Positions 32,701-35,715 of a stretch of DNA of 35,715 bases are shown here, one piece after another. The notes beneath the pieces were generated by a model. The model was not told where the DNA came from. It searched no databases and was given only the letters and a program-made list of their open reading frames with translations. The DNA is taken from positions 1 to 35,715 of the IMG/VR virus record IMGVR_UViG_3300037423_000638. The stretch is one strand, 5' to 3'. The stretch is from a virus. Lineage: Duplodnaviria > Caudoviricetes. Within the stretch, counting starts at the first letter, position 1; each line of letters opens with the position of its first letter. Both the position numbers and the translations under genes were made by a program.

Positions 32701-34209
32701 TTAGCCCAGTGGTCCCATTCCGGTAACGCTGGGTGTCCAGGGCACGGCGCGGCGGGACGTCAGCCTGTGCTCGCCGGTTTCGTGCGATGGCTCCCAGCCT
32801 TGCGCGAACTGCCGATAGGCATCAGCGCCATGCGAATACTTGTCGTGGACCGGCTCGTCGCTCCAGTTGCCGATCGATTCGTTCCATTTCTTGCGGTAGT
32901 TCTCAAGGGCCTCGATGCCTTCCGCGCAGTTCGTCTCGTGGAAATAGCATTCCGACAACATCGACCGCGCAGCGTTGATACCCATGTTGCGGTCACTCAC
33001 TCGCGGAACGATCCGCACCCGCACGCCCGGGAACAGCCTCTTCATCTCAGCCTGCGCAGACACATCCGTCACCACGCTCTTGTCACCGCCATCGTGCGGC
33101 AGGTAGATGTTCCCCAGCAGGTAGCCTTTTTTTTGTATCTCGCGCGCATAGAACTCCAGCGTCTTGCCGGTGTCCTGCAAGTAGTCAATGAAGCGGTGCT
33201 CCAGCGCCCCATGCTGGTGGAACCATATCGCCGTCGTGTCGCGCCCCAAGTCAAAGAAGAGGTTGACTCGTACCCCGGACATGATCGGGATATGCCGGAT
33301 GCGGTGCTGCTTGCGGGCCAGCGCCATCTCGACGGCGAAATAGCGTTCTTCCATGGCTCCGGCAAATGCCTCCTCGGGAGTGGACGGGTACTCCTGGCGC
33401 ATGTCGCCTTTGAACAAGCGCCTCTTGACTGCGTACCACGCCACTTGGGCGTCGTCAAGAAAGATCCCGTACTTGGTCTCTAGCTCGTTGAAATAGTCGA
33501 TCAGCTCGTTTTCTATCTTCACGCCCGCAGGGTCCATCCGGTAGGACGCTTTGCGCCACCACGGATAGAAGTGGAGCTTGAACTCCATCGCATTGGGCGG
33601 ATGCACGCCACGCTTTTCCGCCTCGCGCACCATCTCGTAGAAGTGCCCGCCCGTGCCCTCGGCTGTCGATTCGATGAACACCAGGCCGCCTGCATGAACC
33701 GCTGGCAGCGAGCCCGTTTTGATTTCGTTGGCCTTGTCCGGGAAGCGGCGGCAAATCTTGCCGTACTCCGATATGTGCAAGAACTGCAGTGTCCCCGAGC
33801 GACCCGACGTGCCCACATAGATGCTTGAGCCATTCGCGAACACAATCTCTGAGGCCGTCATGTTCACGGGCGGGTTCAGCGCCTTCACCCCCGCAGGCAT
33901 CTTCTCCCACGGGAACTTGACCTTGTTGCGGAATATCTTTTCCGCCTCGCGCAAGCCATGGGCAATGATGGCCGACGAGTAGTTGGGCGTGAAAATCGTC
34001 TGGTCCAGCGCCAGAATGTCTATGAGTGTGGTGAATCCAAGCTGGCGCGCCTTGAGCACCAGGTTATTGGTATGCAGGTTCCCCAGGAGGTCCAACTGCT
34101 CCGCGTTGGGGTTGAATCGGACTTGCTTCCCGCTCTCATCAACGATCCAGTACAAGTTGGCGAGCCGCCAGCGCCAATCGCCGAGGCAGTCGATAACCTC
34201 GACACTCAT
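32701..34209 (-). CDS. terL: terminase large subunit
   Basis: Walker A LKARQLGFTT, Walker B FLHISE, coupling motif IESTAEG, nuclease FDLG...HDKYSHGADA. Confidence 0.95.
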   Translation of the reverse strand: MSVEVIDCLGDWRWRLANLYWIVDESGKQVRFNPNAEQLDLLGNLHTNNLVLKARQLGFTTLIDILALDQTIFTPNYSSAIIAHGLREAEKIFRNKVKFPWEKMPAGVKALNPPVNMTASEIVFANGSSIYVGTSGRSGTLQFLHISEYGKICRRFPDKANEIKTGSLPAVHAGGLVFIESTAEGTGGHFYEMVREAEKRGVHPPNAMEFKLHFYPWWRKASYRMDPAGVKIENELIDYFNELETKYGIFLDDAQVAWYAVKRRLFKGDMRQEYPSTPEEAFAGAMEERYFAVEMALARKQHRIRHIPIMSGVRVNLFFDLGRDTTAIWFHQHGALEHRFIDYLQDTGKTLEFYAREIQKKGYLLGNIYLPHDGGDKSVVTDVSAQAEMKRLFPGVRVRIVPRVSDRNMGINAARSMLSECYFHETNCAEGIEALENYRKKWNESIGNWSDEPVHDKYSHGADAYRQFAQGWEPSHETGEHRLTSRRAVPWTPSVTGMGPLG

Positions 34210-34709
34210 TTCACCGCGATACGGTTTCTCGGGTCGGCCGCTATCTGATCCAGCACGATTGACAGCGGGCTCTCAGCGTCACCAGCCAGTGTCGTGCGAT
34301 CACCGTATTTTTTGGGTTGCAGCTTGCTCGCGTACCACTTGCGAGCATCCACACGCAGCCGATTGCGCGCAACGGCCGTAGGATCGAAGACAACCTCCAT
34401 CCCGACCGTCTCATCGCCCACGGCTCCATTTTTGCGCTTGACGGTAATCACCTCTTCGTCAGCGATTTCAACGATCTGTTCGGCGTAGAAGTCGGCCTGC
34501 AACTCGCGCGCGCGCGCGTATTGCTGTCGAAAGACTTCATTGGCCTCCAGCCAGCGATGAACCGTCCTAGCCTCAGGCAAGCCGTCATCCTTGCAAATAG
34601 TCCGCAGACTTTCGCCCTCGGCCAACCGCTCGCAGATAATGTTCCCCACTTGCTCGGTATAGCTGCTCGGTCGGCCTCTCTTCACAGAAGCACCCTTCGG
34701 CTTGCTCAC
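34206..34709 (-). CDS. terS: terminase small subunit (Sf6 gp1-like)
   Basis: GRPSSYT...ICERLAEGESLRTIC...TVHRWL...QYARARE...RLRVDARKWYASKLQPKKYGD; GTG start overlaps the upstream stop. Confidence 0.9.
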   Translation of the reverse strand: MSKPKGASVKRGRPSSYTEQVGNIICERLAEGESLRTICKDDGLPEARTVHRWLEANEVFRQQYARARELQADFYAEQIVEIADEEVITVKRKNGAVGDETVGMEVVFDPTAVARNRLRVDARKWYASKLQPKKYGDRTTLAGDAESPLSIVLDQIAADPRNRIAVK

Positions 34710-34942
34710 AGCCGCCCCTGAAACACAATGCCGTAGTTTTCGCACTGGGGACAAAACCCCCGTGCGCCGCATCCGGCTTTCTCTTTCGGTGCCATCACTT
34801 TGGGAGGGCCCCACTGTCCAGGCAGCATCGCGGCCGTCCCGGCCAACGCCTCAAGCGCGGCGGGCAAGTCTTGCTGTTCGCGGAATAGAACCAGCAGGGT
34901 GTCGCGGCGGATGTGCGGCTTGCCCCACTTGTATCGAGTCAT
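34706..34942 (-). CDS. small hypothetical protein with a C-x5-CPQC zinc-ribbon-like end
   Basis: Coupled to neighbours on both sides; GCGARGFCPQC. Confidence 0.55.
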   Translation of the reverse strand: MTRYKWGKPHIRRDTLLVLFREQQDLPAALEALAGTAAMLPGQWGPPKVMAPKEKAGCGARGFCPQCENYGIVFQGRL

Positions 34943-35136
34943 CCCAGCCGTCTCAAGTATTCCGCCACCGCCGCTTCAAAGCACGCCTCGGACAGCTTGG
35001 CGAGTTGCTTGGCGCTTGCGATGTGCTCTTCGTCCACATGGACGCAGGACAGCACTTCGGCGGCGACGTTGCGGTTGTTGTCCAAGCACCGAGCGGCAGC
35101 GCGCAGGGTTTCGCGCGAATCAGCAAGCAGGCTCAT
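34939..35136 (-). CDS. small hypothetical protein
   Basis: 65-aa helical ORF overlapping both neighbours. Confidence 0.55.
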   Translation of the reverse strand: MSLLADSRETLRAAARCLDNNRNVAAEVLSCVHVDEEHIASAKQLAKLSEACFEAAVAEYLRRLG

Positions 35137-35464
35137 CGTCTTGGCTTTCGACGGATTCTTCGCTTACCTGCGGGTCATCCGTCACCAGTTGCGCGGCCAT
35201 TTCGGGCGGGATGTCTTCAGCGGTCAACTCATGGACATTGCCATCCGCGTCAACGCCGAAGACGGTGCCGTAAGTCACCCTCTCCACCGCATTGGCGTGC
35301 TGGCGCAGGAATTCCGGGTCGGCCGCCGGCAGACCGCCTGCAAACTCGTACCCAGTCCAGTCTTCAGGGTTCGGCGCGATCGCCAGGAAGTTCGCCACGT
35401 CCTGAAGCGCGCCCCAGCTCTTTTCCTCGCCGGTCACGTTGTTGCGGATCGTGATGGGGAACAC
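35120..35464 (-). CDS. acidic hypothetical protein
   Basis: GTG start with GAGGAGG SD. Confidence 0.7.
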   Translation of the reverse strand: MFPITIRNNVTGEEKSWGALQDVANFLAIAPNPEDWTGYEFAGGLPAADPEFLRQHANAVERVTYGTVFGVDADGNVHELTAEDIPPEMAAQLVTDDPQVSEESVESQDDEPAC

Positions 35465-35466
35465 GC

Positions 35467-35715
35467 TCAGTCCTCCTCGTAGCCAGAGCTGAAGCCTTGC
35501 GACTGGATCTGCTGGGCGTGGGTGGCAGTGGCGTCCTTCTTGCCGTCCTGCTTGTAGATTTGCAAGGCCTGCGTCAGAGCATCCTTGATGTCCTTGGCGG
35601 GCTGCATGTCGGCAGCTTCCTCGCCAGGCTGCTCCTGCGCTTCTTCGGCGTCGGTTTCGGTGCCGACCGATAGGTTGCCATCCGCATCACAATGAATGAG
35701 GATCAGGTACCCATT
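35467..35715 (-). CDS. acidic hypothetical protein (5'-partial)
   Basis: Open frame NGYLILIHCDADGNLSVGTE...GFSSGYEED* from the window edge to TGA 35467. Confidence 0.65.
   Translation of the reverse strand, partial: NGYLILIHCDADGNLSVGTETDAEEAQEQPGEEAADMQPAKDIKDALTQALQIYKQDGKKDATATHAQQIQSQGFSSGYEED

Noticed and set aside
1-35715. CRISPR array, IS element, intron/intein or invertible shufflon
   Set aside because: No regularly spaced repeats, transposase, splicing motifs or inverted cassette repeats were seen by eye; TerL and the capsid protein have normal lengths.

Overview
The window is a large part of a GC-rich temperate podovirus-like (short-tailed) phage genome. The host is probably a Betaproteobacterium (inference only). 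It is in its excised/circular or virion configuration, because an intact attP (3' half of tRNA-Val(CAC) plus arm-type repeats) has phage genes on both sides. Plus strand (1-3739): small early genes (Lar-like), excisionase, tyrosine integrase, a gene that runs through attP, and one inserted gene. Minus strand (35715 to 3851): a long late region with TerS, TerL, five fibre/decoration-like genes, portal, scaffold, N4-gp56-type major capsid protein, two paralogous decoration proteins, tail adaptor, nozzle, tail fibre, a lysis cassette (holins, SAR endolysin, Rz with nested Rz1), ejection proteins ending in a 1998-aa polyvalent protein, and a peptidase/phosphoesterase/membrane module. One lipoprotein moron faces the other way. 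No replication or repressor genes are in the window. Most notable observations: (1) a gene translationally coupled to int whose reading frame crosses the attP core, so integration would cut it; (2) a 62-codon gene nested out of frame in the giant ejection-protein gene, with its own Shine-Dalgarno (SD) and phage-like codon bias; (3) modular polyvalent architecture of the giant protein, including an apparent ADP-ribosyltransferase stub; (4) a duplicated gene 3' end flanking an inserted gene; (5) several structured or repeated intergenic elements. All family calls come from motif recognition by eye, not database searches.
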